Positions 40,136-55,491 of a stretch of DNA of 64,000 nucleotides are shown here, piece after piece. The DNA is taken from positions 125,116,001 through 125,180,000 of the forward strand of contig OZ024742.1 in NCBI GenBank assembly GCA_964016885.1, written 5' to 3'. The notes under the pieces were generated by a model that saw only the letters and a program-made list of their open reading frames with translations, was not told the origin of the DNA and did not search any database. The first letter of the stretch is position 1; each line of letters starts with the position of its first letter. The translations under genes and the position numbers were made by a program. The stretch is from Eledone cirrhosa. Lineage: Eukaryota.

Positions 40136-40324
40136 TCAAGTATATATATATTATATATACTCAAGCTCTAGTATATTTCGTCAGGCAAGTTTGCGTTTTA
40201 TGTTTCCATTTCTGAATCTAAACTTGTAAAACTAACAGTAATTAGGCTCATAACGGCTTGCTGTGCAACGTATTTCGCAGTGTCAAATTGCTGTTGTTGT
40301 TGGTGGTGGTGTTGTTGCTGTTGA

Positions 40325-40357
<33 letters not shown>

Positions 40358-42249
40358 ACTTAGTACAACTTGCTTAAACAATCTTATGATTAAGGATATT
40401 CCTTTTCCCTAATTTTAGTCCCCGCATACGGGTGCTAAACGATTCAATCTATTATTTTTACTGGAAATGTAGGGTTGAATTGGTTTACATGTTTAGCAGA
40501 TCAATCTATGTTAGGTACTATGTACCATAGCATTATATAGTTTAACTATAGTGACATAACTAGAGGGATTTGTTCCCAAAGGAATGAGTGTTACTAAAAT
40601 TAATATGAAACGTTCTAGTGAGGGTTCGATCTTAGACAGTTGTTTTTCCGCGTGTATTCACAATTTTACTTTCGGTGTTTCATCGTACAACTAGCAATGT
40701 GGATGATATAGAAAAGTGCACAAAAGTTTTTAGAGTACAAGAAATAAAATAAAGTATTTTAGCAATTCCTTCCTGGAAATATAAATATTACATCACTCGT
40801 GTCCAGTATGGAAATGTTATTATGTGCTGCTTTAATTTAATGTTTAGAGAAAATATAAAAACTAACACAAATGCATTGGTTGATTAACTACTACAACTTT
40901 CATCGTTTCGCGAAGTACTGCAAATATTTTTCCCTATGGGAGCGCAAGCATTTGTCCGAATTTATTACAATAATCGATCATATTGACTTATATGACTGTT
41001 AGTGTGATTTATCTTATCATTCTCAAAGTCAATCCTTAATATTTTCATATGTGAATCAATCGAGTGTCAAATATCAGTGATCTGTGAATTCCCCGTTGTC
41101 AACACTAATTTTCTATGTATACAGTAATTTTAATCTTAGAAATTTCCAATACGGATTTTATATTTCAGTGATAAACATCTCTTCGCGTATGTAACAGTCA
41201 ACTCAATAACTTCGTCTTTTTGTTAGGAATCTTAAAATCATTAAATCTACTTTAAAACCGACAAAGATTTATCTAGCAAAGGCATACTGCTGTTTCACTT
41301 ATAGTTACACTTATCTTCTATATTTTTACTTAAGATTTGATGTTTTAAAACATTTCAGTGTATAACATTTGTAACAAAATATGTTAGTATGTACCAGCTG
41401 CCCTTCAACCTATACTCAAGAACTGGAATACAACTCTCTAATAAGCCTGACTGAATAAATTGAGAAAACAACAAGGAGGTAATTCACTAGAACGATTTTT
41501 ACTATTTACATTAAAATTGCAACATAATGTGAACCTAAACATGAAAGATACTGAATACGTTTTAATAACCCAGTACTTAAACTGTACGCAATCGTAGGTT
41601 GTACATATTCTGTGGAACCTATTTAACATATATTGATATTGGTCAATACAATTTATCCTTGATGTTTGAGAATAAAATATCATCAGTGATAACAAGACAC
41701 TTTTCATACCGTAACTGATCCAAAACATGCTCATAATGAAATAAGCTCTAACTCTATAAAACATATTATGCATATATACAAAAAGTACTTGGCAGATAAC
41801 GGAGAGCGATAAGGCTACCAGATAAGATGGTTATTTGCGATATAGGCAGGCTCTAGCCGAATGTATTAGCAGCACCGGACAATCAGGGATAGACTGCTAG
41901 GGGTCTTAAAGCAATGGGTGACACTGTTACTTCCCTCAAATCTCTCACAATCCAGTAATGTAGCAATGACTAGGTGAGTAAAGACAACCTCTAAAAATGC
42001 CTAGTATTTGCGGAACTGAGAAAAGTACCAGATAGGTAACAGGTGCGAATGAGACCATCTAAACATTGCAATATGGCCGGAGACAGTAAAGACATAAACA
42101 ACACATCGTCCTTCATGCGGTATAACAAGGGGCGCATTCAGTATTTAAATAGAAGGCACTGCAACGCTGCATAAATTGGTGATGGGCCTGCGACTTGGAA
42201 ATGCAAATGTTACGTAACCTGAAATACAAGAGCCGGTCGAGAACGGAAC

Positions 42250-44500
42250 AAATCTTGACAATTGGGAACTAGAAAGTTACAACACTTCGAGTCAAGCAGG
42301 AACTAGGGGAGGAGGTCAAGTGCTACCGGCTAGATACAGTCAGTGTTTCCTCAACGGAGTAGTGTGGCCCTGGTACTCCAGATTTGGAAGAAAGATGGAA
42401 ACTCTCTATTCAGATGTGGAGTCGGAAAAGACTGCACAGGTGTGAGTAAGGATACTCATCAGCCCACAGCTGTAAGAGTGGAATTATGAAGTGGATCCTA
42501 TTAGAAGAGAGGATTTGCCTTTTGAAGCTTAGGTTGAAAGAAATGTCTATGAATTTAAACTGTCAACTAATCACCATCTAGTCATCTGCAACCTCGTACA
42601 ACCTAATGTCAGGAGAACCCAGAAAAACTTGCTGTCCCAGTTGGAATTTTCAGGATAAAGTGGGAAACACTGAATTGAGGAACAGGTAGGCAGATGCTAT
42701 CTCATTCAGATTCAGAGAACACCATGGGCAGACTAAGGACGTTGAAATGGAATGAAAACTGTTCAACTTGGCAGTGTCTACTGCAGCTGTTAAATGCTAC
42801 GTGTGAAAGCAGAGTAATGTGTCCTCTTGGTTCAATTATGTAGTCAAATATGCCATCCAGCAAAGAAGGATAATTACAAATCTTAGCTTGGAAATATGTC
42901 CTTCCTCTTGGAATTGTGGTAAATGAGGGCACGAAATAACGCAGCAGAGACATAAATGCGTCCAATGTTAAGACATTGGAGGATTTGGGGTTAAGCTGAA
43001 ACCCCACTTTAGATCAACGAATAAAATTTTCGGGCAGATCGTCCCCGGACTTCGTAATAAAAAGCCATCTTCTACGCCTGCTATAAGGAATTTGTATGGG
43101 ATAGTCCTCTCGGCTGAGAGGTGCATCCTCGCGAGATGTAGAGGTCATTTCGCTAACCTCCTAAAATGGATCCCATCAGCATCCTTTATTGTACATGAGA
43201 TACATCTAGGAACCATAAATAGGAGCTGAGGTGACAAGAGGAAATTAAGAAGTCAAATGTAGCAAAGCCGCTGGCAAGGATTACAAGGCTTAAATAGTGA
43301 AGGTATTCTCTGGTCAATCCGTGTGTGCTAGGTTCTCATTTGTAAGGCTCTCCAGGAAAGCTTACGCTAAATACCAAGGACAGAGTTGTATGGAAATTGT
43401 CGAGTTCAGGCGAGCTGACGAACAGTGCCGTGTTCGCCTTAGACTTAACAATGCCAACCAAATAATCACACTGCTACAAATCTTTCAGAAATCATGGAAT
43501 TATTGCGAAGAGGGGTATGCTCATTTTGTAGAAATCGAAAAAGGATATGACCGAGTTCCACAGGCCCTGTTGTGGAAGTTTCTGCAAAAGTATTGGATCG
43601 ATTAATCGCTGTATGCTGACCTGATATCTACATACGTATTTGTGTTCTGTTAAATAGTACTAAGTTGAATCCATTCTATGTGTATCGAACTATGCCAAGT
43701 GTGCGTTCTGTCACATCTCCGGCTCATAATATTCATGGACAGGATTGACATGCGCAGCCGAGTTAAAGTGGTATCGGGACCTGCGTGTGTAGGATCCGTC
43801 TGCTGGAATTTTCAGACGGCATAGCACTACTTATCTCGTCGGAAGGTGATCTCCCACATCTACTTGATACACTTGATGGTGAGTACTGCATGGCTGGAAT
43901 GAAAATCAATTGACGCGAAGACTGAAGCATGTGGAGAATTTCATGTACCGAGCTCACGAATGAAGGAAGCAGGTAGATGAATTTAGTGCAAAAATTGTAG
44001 GAGCTCGTGCAGTAATGTGACAGCTTCAATATTCAGTAATGAGAAGAAAGGTTGTGGGTGAAAAAGACAAATTTGCTATTTTCAATTGGACATTCGTGCA
44101 AACCCTTAACTATGTTCGGTAAACTTGAATAATGACTGAAAGAATACGATCGCGGATACAAGTGGCCGATGTGTAGTTCCTCACTTTCTTTTGAGTGACG
44201 TTACACAACAAGGTGCGGAATTGAGAGATTATAATTCTGATATTACAGAAATGTTAGAATGTCTCATGAAAGATTCGCTAGACAAATTTTATGGGCAAAA
44301 CCAACCGACAGGAGACCCAGGGGCAGACCCCGTGCAAAAGAGTTGAATAACATCTATTATCTCGGCTTGTCTTCTTTAGAGATCCATCTGGATCAATTGC
44401 AAACCGTAGCATCTGACAGAACCTGGTGGAAGGCTTGCTTGAGGACTCTGACCCCCACGACCCTCCCAGGAAGAAGACAGAGAAGGTAGAGTAGGATGAG
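42250..44500 (+). mobile_element. Heavily decayed RTE-clade LINE
   Basis: Endonuclease-like start (YRLDTVSVSST), RT FVEIEKGYDRVPQALLW and C-term RRPRGRPRAK..DRTWW. Confidence 0.8.
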
Positions 44501-45256
44501 AAGGAGGAGATGACAACGGTGGAGTCCGTTGTACATCTTCAGATGCAGCAGCATATATGTAAATGCAGCTATTTGGAGTGTCAATGTCACATATTCACAA
44601 TGATATCATAAAACCAATCTACAAATGAAATAACGATATTTTCTATTTCATTCAGACATATTATTGATACATTGCTTTATGGAGAACACTGAGTCTTACT
44701 TTCTAAATTACTTCGTATTCTTAAAGGAAACTGCTGACATTTCACATTATGTGAGAAAGCTGTGATTAAAATAATAGATGAGAGTAATTAATTTAAATTA
44801 CTTCGAGAGATTTGATGCAAATTGACCCAAATATTTAATTAGTTGCGACCTGAATATACAACAAAATAAGTCATTAAATAGAAAGATGATATAGTATTAA
44901 TATAGATAGTTTATTATATTCTGAAACAAGCAAAATATTGTGTATTTTGTCGACAACTACATTGATATTATTAGGTTCAGCTGAACCTAATAATTGTTTC
45001 TACTTTTGGCACAAGGCCAGCAATTGCCCAATGCAATAAAGTACCAGTAATGCATTGGATAATTGCTGGCCTTATGCCAAAAGTAGAAACAGTTATTAGG
45101 TTCAGCTTTTCACTTCCAATCCCCGGCGGAGTTTATATTGTTTTCAATCATTCTCAATTGTATAAAATAAATACCAGTTAAGGAATTGCGTGTATCGACA
45201 CTTTCCCCAAGGAAATTTTCTTAACGTTAACTCAACCTAGGAAGTCGGTTATAATG

Positions 45257-45325
<69 letters not shown>

Positions 45326-45502
45326 GGTATCCACAGTGAGTTGTGGGATCTATTCTGCATGAAGAACTCGAAGTAATCCATATGTTGAAAATGTTGTAGG
45401 TTAAGATAAATCTCGGAAAACAATAAAACATTAAAAGGTAAACAGAGTCATGATATAAGTTAAAACAATGAAATAAAAAATCAAGTCATTAGAGATATAC
45501 TT

Positions 45503-45644
45503 CACTGCTTTACGATCGTTTCTAGATGATGATAATACATTCTAGCTATACTCAGTAATTGATCTATGTAAGGTTATTTACAAACTATCAGATAAAGAGA
45601 ATATTTACTTACATGCATATCATCAGCTGTTTTCAAAAGCAATA
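45503..45644 (-). ncRNA. U3-A8 hammerhead with ~107-nt stem II domain (family I)
   Basis: tattgctt-TTGAAAA-cagctgatgat..atcatcatcta-GAAA-cgatcg-TA-aagcagtg. 8-bp stem I. Confidence 0.72.
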
Positions 45645-45676
45645 ATAATGTTATTCAATAATGATTTTATTAAGAA

Positions 45677-46589
45677 CTAGCAGTAAAGCCCGGCGTTGCT
45701 CGGGGTCGCTCAGTAGCTGTGTTAAAGTTACAATGTTAAGTTTCTTTTTTGGTTTAAAAACTGTAGTGTCTACTGTGCAGACTTCCATGTGGTCTTTTTG
45801 ATTAATATTCCCTCAACCAACAATATGCCTTATGAAGTTAAGAAAACATAACGATAACCCGAATGTTATAGCAAAAGAGGATGCTGGGGATAAAAACTGC
45901 ACTGATTATTTATTAACAAAGATCGAAAATGTAAACACTGCAACGCAGAGAAAAACATTAGCGTAACCAAATTATCAGTTATGTCTGTCTGCACGCCTAT
46001 ATCACCTCTCTGCACGACTATCTGTCTGCACGCCTATATCACCTCTCTGCACGACTGTCTGTCTGCACGCCTATATCACCTCTCTGCACGACTATCTGTC
46101 TGCACGCGTATATCACCTCTCTGCACGACTGTCTGTCTGCACGACTGTCTGTCTGCACGCCTAACGACGAAATATTTTCTTGTTTTACGTAGTCTGTAAA
46201 TAGACTTGTTTTCAAGTAAAAATATTGTTTTAAAATGCTTTTAAATGGAAATGAAGCAAAACGGAAGCTTAGTGTTCGAACTGATGAATTTTGCAGGTCA
46301 ATATTTTGCTGGCTCGACAACTGTTAAAGCCAGCGTAATTGTTTACGTAAGACGCTCAATGTAAACAGAACAAAGGGAAATAACTGATAACTTACGCTCA
46401 AAAATCGATACATTATATTCGATTTCGTCACATAGGGCGGGTCAATTTTTAATTTTTTTTTCCGATGTCTTCGCTAGGGCTCAATGTACAAGTATAGCAA
46501 TTTCGGTGCAATTCCGTGAGAGATTCTAAGAGGAGATGTGTGCCAAAAATCGATAGACAGACAGACAACCACAGTTTTATATATATAGA
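45677..46589 (-). mobile_element. Non-autonomous Helitron copy 1
   Basis: Minus strand starts TC(tatatatataaaa) and ends with hairpin cccgagcaacgccggg plus CTAG. Contains an internal 37-bp minisatellite and (GTCT)n. Confidence 0.88.
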
Positions 46590-46728
46590 TGATACAGTTT
46601 TATGTGAAATGGTACAGTTTTATATGGAATGATACAGTTTTATGTGAAATGGTACAGTTTTATATGGAATGATACAGTTTTATGTGAAATGGTACAGTTT
46701 TATATGGAATGAAACAGTTTATATGTAA
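46590..46728. repeat. 20-bp minisatellite (gatacagttttatgtgaaat)
   Basis: ~7 units between Helitron copies. Confidence 0.9.
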
Positions 46729-47722
46729 CTAGCAGTAAAGCCCGGCGTTGCTCGGGGTCGCTCAGTAGCTGTGTTAAAGTTACAATGTTAAGTTTCTTTT
46801 TTGGTTTAAAAACTGTAGTGTCTACTGTGCAGACTTGCATGTGGTGTTTTTGATTAATATTCCCTCAACCAACAATATGCCTTATGAAGTTAAGAAAACA
46901 TAACGATAACCCGAATGTTATAACAAAAGAGGATGCTGGGGATAAAAACTGCACTGGTTATTTATTAACAAAGATCGAAAATGTAAACACTGCAACGCAG
47001 AGAAAAACATTAGCGTAACCAAATTATCAGTTATGTCTGTCTGCACGCCTATATCACCTCTCTGCACGACTGTCTGTCTGCACGCCCATATCACCTCTCT
47101 GCACGACTGTCTGTCTGCACGCCTATATCAACTCTCTGCACGACTGTCTGTCTGCACGCCTATATCACCTCTCTGCACGACTGTCTGTCTGCACGCCTAT
47201 ATCACCTCTCTGCACGACTGTCTGTCTGCACGCCGATATCACCTCTCTGCACGACTGTCTGTCTGCACGACTGTCTGTCTGCACGCCTAACGAAATATAC
47301 AGATACATATATTTTAAATAAACTTATATAATTTTTGCTTTTTTTTTACGAAATATTTGCTTGTTTTACGTAGTCTTTAAATAGACTTGTTTTCAAGTAA
47401 AAATATTGTTTTAAAAGGCTTTTAAATGGAAATGAAGCGAAACGGAAGAAAATGTAAAGAGAACGTAAGACGCTACGCTGAATGTAAACAGAACAAAGGG
47501 AAATAACTGATCACTTACGCTCAAAAGTCGATACATTATATTCGATTTCGTCACATAGGGTGGGTCAATTTGAAATTTTTTTTTTCCGATGTCTTCGCTA
47601 GGGCTCAATGTACAAGTATAGCAATTTGGGTGCAATTCCGTGAGAGATGTGAGAGATTCTAAGAGGAGATGTGTGCCAAAAATCGATAGACAGACAGACA
47701 ACCACAGTTTTATGTATATAGA
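46729..47722 (-). mobile_element. Non-autonomous Helitron copy 2 (variant internal segment)
   Basis: Same termini, with more 37-bp units. Confidence 0.88.
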
Positions 47723-47942
47723 TGATACAGTGTTATATGAAGAGATACAGTTTTATGTGTAATAGTACAGTTTTATATGTAATGATACAGTTTTATGTGA
47801 AATGTGACAGTTTTATGTGTAATAGTACAGTTTTATATGTAATGATACAGTTTTATATGTAATGATACAGTGTTATATGTAATGATATAGTGTTATATGG
47901 AAAGATACAGTTTTATATGTAATAGTACAGTTTTATATGTAA
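47723..47942. repeat. 20-bp minisatellite
   Basis: ~11 units. Confidence 0.9.
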
Positions 47943-48855
47943 CTAGCAGTAAAGCCCGGCGTTGCTCGGGTTCGCTCAGTAGCTGTGTTAAAGTTACAAT
48001 ATTAAGTTTCTTTTTTGGCTTAAAAACTGTAGTGTCTACTGTGCAGACTTGCATGTGGTGTTTTTGATTAATATTCCCTCAACCAACAATATGCCTTATG
48101 AAGTTAAGAAAACATAACGATAACCCGAATGTTATAACAAAAGAGGATGCTGGGGATAAAAACTGCACTGGTTATTTATTAACAAAGATCGAAAATGTAA
48201 ACACTGCAACGCAGAGAAAAACATTAGCGTAACCAAATTATCAGTTATGTCTGTCTGCACGCCTATATCACCTCTCTGCACGACTGTCTGTCTGCACGCC
48301 TATATCACCTCTCTGCACGACTGTCTGTCTGCACGCCTATATCACCTCTCTGCACGACTATCTGTCTGCACGCGTATATCACCTCTCTGCACGACTGTCT
48401 GTCTGCACGACTGTCTGTCTGCACGCCTAACGACGAAATATTTTCTTGTTTTACGTAGTCTGTAAATAGACTTGTTTTCAAGTAAAAATATTGTTTTAAA
48501 ATGCTTTTAAATGGAAATGAAGCAAAACGGAAGCTTAGTGTTCGAACTGATGAATTTTGCAGGTCAATATTTTGCTGGCTCGACAACTGTTAAAGCCAGC
48601 GTAATTGTTTACGTAAGACGCTCAATGTAAACAGAACAAAGGGAAATAACTGATAACTTACGCTCAAAAATCGATACATTATATTCGATTTCGTCACATA
48701 GGGTGGGTCAATTTGAAATATTTTTTTCCGATGTCTTCGCTAGGGCTCAATGTACAAGTATAGCAATTTCGGTGCTATTCTGTCAGAGATTCTAAGAGGA
48801 GATGTGTGCCAAAAATCGATAGACAGACAGACAACCACAGTTTTATATATATAGA
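47943..48855 (-). mobile_element. Non-autonomous Helitron copy 3
   Basis: Near-identical to copy 1. Confidence 0.88.
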
Positions 48856-49657
48856 TTAGTAGTATGTTAGTATCATGTCCTTATTTGGAGATAGTTGAAG
48901 AACTAACGAATCAAATTGTTTTTTTCATATGGTGTTCAGATGAAAAGTAATATACTTTACTTGAGGTCATGACCCTTTGAAAGGAATGGTTGAAGGGTGT
49001 TAATAGTAGATTTGGTATACAAATCTATTAGGAGAAAGGGATTGTCAAACTGATAGTTGAATGTATCTGGTATAGTGAATTTAAAGGGTATGTCAAAATA
49101 AATGGTGATTAGTGTTGTATTGAGTTTTAAGGGGAATATAAATTAAGTTTATGGCTAGGAAAGATAGTATATTAAAAGATGAAATTGATAATAAAATAAT
49201 GAAATACAGTAATGCGATAATATACAACTTAACCAACACAATATAGTACTGTGTGGTAAATTGCATTTAGTATAATATAGCGTATGATACGCTATAATAT
49301 ACTATCAAATATGTTTATGCATAAATAATCAAACTCAGATAAATACATGTTGGCATAGTTAAAACACATAAATTTCATAGATTACAAAGTGCATATACCC
49401 AGACTATATATAGGGAGAGGTACAGTTAAATTGATATCCAACCAAAAATATACATACGCACAAATAGATGCAAATCTAAATACACATTTACACGCATGCA
49501 TATAATCATATACATACATATCCATACATATTTATATCCACTCATACACATCTATACCCACATATATACATATATATATACACACACACTCATACATACA
49601 TATATATATTTATATATATATATATCCACACACACACATATATATATATATATACAC

Positions 49658-49736
<79 letters not shown>

Positions 49737-49860
49737 CATATACATATATATACATACACACACACATACACATATATATACATATATACATGTGTGAGTA
49801 TAAGTACACTCCTCATACATGTGCACATACAGATAAACACTCATACACCTATACTCACAT

Positions 49861-50290
49861 GGCTGTAATTGCAGAAATAGAAGCATTTGCTCCTTAAATG
49901 GAAACTGTTTGATTAATAATGTAATATATAAATGCCACTGTGTCTACTACAGACTCCAACAAAACATATATAGGATCTACATCAAACACATTTAAGAAAG
50001 GATTTTACGCACACTCTACTTATTTCAACAATACTAAACTAGCTACCACCACATCTTTAACTGAAGCGGTAAATAATTATAAAAAGAAAAGAATAGATTT
50101 CAAGTTATCGTGGAACACCATTCTACAAAGAACTCCATATATTGGTAACATGAGGGAATGCAGATTATGTTCAGGGGAGATCGTAGAAATTACTAAATCT
50201 ATTGACGATTTATTAAATAAAAGACAGGAATTGATCATAGTTTGTAATCACCGTATACGGAAAACATTTAAATACTATAAACCTAATTAA
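49861..50290 (+). pseudogene. Naiad-type PLE GIY-YIG endonuclease remnant
   Basis: [24 protein letters not shown] / YIGSTSNTFK..H..CRLCSGE..LLNKRQELIIVCNH, with one frameshift. Confidence 0.85.
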
Positions 50291-50737
50291 ATACTATAAA
50301 CCTAATTAAATATTCTAAATAGCAACTCACTATAATTCCATATAGAGTAACATTTATTAGTACCTCTTTTCCCTAATTATATGCATTCATGCTTATCTTT
50401 TGCCTCTTAATATTTTAGCTTCCTAAGATTTATGCGTTAATGACTAAAGGCAACAAGATACACAACCACCCGTAATTGCATGAGTAAATATATATCTATC
50501 TATGATATGGAAATATATTTATGTGTGTGTGTGTATATATATGTATATGTGTGTATATGTATTTATGTATGTGTATATGTGTGTATATATATATATATGC
50601 TTGTATATGTGTGTATGTGTATGTATGTATATATATATCTGTATATATATATATATATATATAAAGAAAAAGGGATGAAATCGAAAATGCAACTGAAGTC
50701 TTATTTATTTTTTTTAAATATATATATTTATTTGGTT

Positions 50738-50775
50738 CCTTTACCGGTTTCGCAGTTCTTCTGCTTTTCAAAAGG
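50738..50775 (-). ncRNA. U3-A8 hammerhead (family C)
   Basis: cctt-TTGAAAA-gcag aagaa ctgc-GAAA-ccgg-TA-aagg. Confidence 0.82.
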
Positions 50776-50826
50776 TGAGTTGAGATGGAGGGTCTGTGGT
50801 TTTTACAGACCCTCCATCTCAACTCA

Positions 50827-50864
50827 CCTTTTGAAAAGCAGAAGAACTGCGAAACCGGTAAAGG
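50827..50864 (+). ncRNA. U3-A8 hammerhead (family C)
   Basis: cctt-TTGAAAA-gcag aagaa ctgc-GAAA-ccgg-TA-aagg. Confidence 0.82.
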
Positions 50865-51001
50865 AACCAAATAAATATATATATATATATTTTTTTAAAT
50901 AAGACTTCAGTTGAATTTTCGATTTCATCTCTTTTTCTTTATACTTCCACTCGTGTAGGACACCTCGGTTATTTTTCATTTTGTAAAAAAAAACCTCACT
51001 A

Positions 51002-51036
<35 letters not shown>

Positions 51037-51177
51037 TGTATGTGTGTATGACTGTTTATGTGTGAGTATGTGCACATGTATGAGGAGTGTACGTATACTC
51101 ACACATGTATATATGTATATATATATATATGTATGTGTGTGTCTGTGTATATAAATATATATATATGTATATGTATG

Positions 51178-53436
<2,259 letters not shown>

Positions 53437-53445
53437 GTATATGTG

Positions 53446-53476
<31 letters not shown>

Positions 53477-53831
53477 ATATATATATAAATACATATATGT
53501 ATGTATGAGTGTGCGTGCATATATATATGTATATATGTGGGTATAGATGTGTATGTGTGGATATATATATGTATGGATATGTATTTATATGATTATATGC
53601 ATGCGTGTAAATGTGTATTTAGATTTGCATCTATTTGTGCGTATGTATATTTTTGGTTGGATATCAATTTAACTGTACATCTCTCTCTATATAGTGTGGG
53701 TATATCACTTTTCATCTGAACACCATATGAAAAAAACAATTTGATTCGTTAGTTCTTCAACTGTCTCCAAATAAGGACATGATACTAACATACTACTAAT
53801 TCTGAATAAAATCATTATTGAATAAAATTAT

Positions 53832-53973
53832 TATTGCTTTTGAAAACAGCTGGTGATATGCATGTAAGTAAATGTTCTCTTTATCTGAGAGTTTGTAAAT
53901 AACCTTACATAGATCAATTACTGAGTATAGCTAGAATGTATTATCATCATCTAGAAACGATCGTGAAGCAGTG
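53832..53973 (+). ncRNA. Family I hammerhead, cleavage site mutated to UG
   Basis: tattgctt-TTGAAAA-..-GAAA-cgatcg-TG-aagcagtg. Confidence 0.65.
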
Positions 53974-54016
53974 AAGTATATCTCTAATGACTTGATTTGT
54001 TAATTGATTGTTTTAA

Positions 54017-54102
<86 letters not shown>

Positions 54103-54572
54103 CATTATCGGGGAAAGCTTTTAGCGATACTCCGGCCAAATCCCAACTCACTTAACAAACATTAGGAAATAAGTGAGTATATTCCTTTCGGGGTGCTAAC
54201 TAATTGTATTGTGTGGAAAATTGGCTGTATTATTTCTATGAGACATATCGAACATATCTCTTCCCAGACGGACATCTCGTTTCATTATAAGATTCCTACA
54301 ATTTGAGTGAAATTATGCCAATTTATGTAGGAGCTTGTATAAGATCAACAGATACATATTCAAGTGGGCTCTTATAATTCTTCAGTGGGTGCCCAATAAT
54401 ACTAATATTGATAATCAAATCAATATGAGTATTTAGCGATAATCATCATCAGTGCTTGAGGTATCTGTTAGGTTGCTACTCTAGCAGTTCCAAAGAAATA
54501 CTCAAACTGATTCAAAAATGAGGAAGTAGATTACCGCCAAAAAAACAATACATGCGCATATATATATATGTA

Positions 54573-54648
<76 letters not shown>

Positions 54649-54782
54649 GCGTGTGTGTGTGTGTGTGTGTGCGGAGTTACTAGTTTAGATCTGTAAGAAT
54701 ATGTACAGCTAAGAACTCGGTATGTGAGAAAATAGACTTTATGTATTGTAAAAACTTAGTGCTGCCGCAGACTAACAATTAA

Positions 54783-54842
<60 letters not shown>

Positions 54843-55211
54843 CGGAGGAAGTGTGTTAAGGAACCAGGTGGACCATAACGCACCAGAGTACTCAATAGAG
54901 AAAGAGTCAGTGTGTGTGCAATTACATATACAATTTTAGATAAGATTAGTTTATTTATTTCTTAATGTTTTCGGTCATTAGTCTGTGGTCATATTAATGG
55001 AATACAATCTAGGGATTTTAGTTAAGGACATCATCAACTGTACCATTGTAGAGTGGTATTTATGTTAGCGATCTATGTTTTAAGTGGATTGGATTGCTAT
55101 TTCTAGCAGGCGAATGACTGTCAAGAGGTTCCTTCATTAGATCACTGTATAAACTGTCATGTTTATGAAGAAGATACATTGCCGAACTCTCGTACTTTAA
55201 GCACCGGGAGT

Positions 55212-55491
55212 ATAAAGTTCATACAAAGAATGATGTGCTTATGCGCAGTTATGCAATAGAATAGCTTATAAAATAGGGCTAAGACCCTTAAAAGACGGAA
55301 AAAGAAGTTGTCATCGGCCGCTATGGGGAATCGAACCTATATCTCCCAGATATAGATATCTACGGGGTTAGATCCCTCTTAGCGCCCGGTGGCAACTTCT
55401 TTTTCCGTCTTTTAAAGGTCTTCACCCTATATCATATGTTATTTTATAGCATCTCTGCGCATGGGCATACCATTCTCTATATTAACTTTAT
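55212..55491. mobile_element. ~280-bp imperfect palindrome (MITE-like)
   Basis: Arms pair, e.g. taaaagacggaaaaagaagttg / caacttctttttccgtctttta. Confidence 0.75.

Noticed and set aside
41438-41773. 111-aa ORF
   Set aside because: No recognisable motif; compatible with chance.
45985-48430. 37-bp repeats and their Cys/His-rich ORFs as CRISPR or a gene
   Set aside because: Contiguous minisatellite without unique spacers, inside a non-autonomous Helitron.
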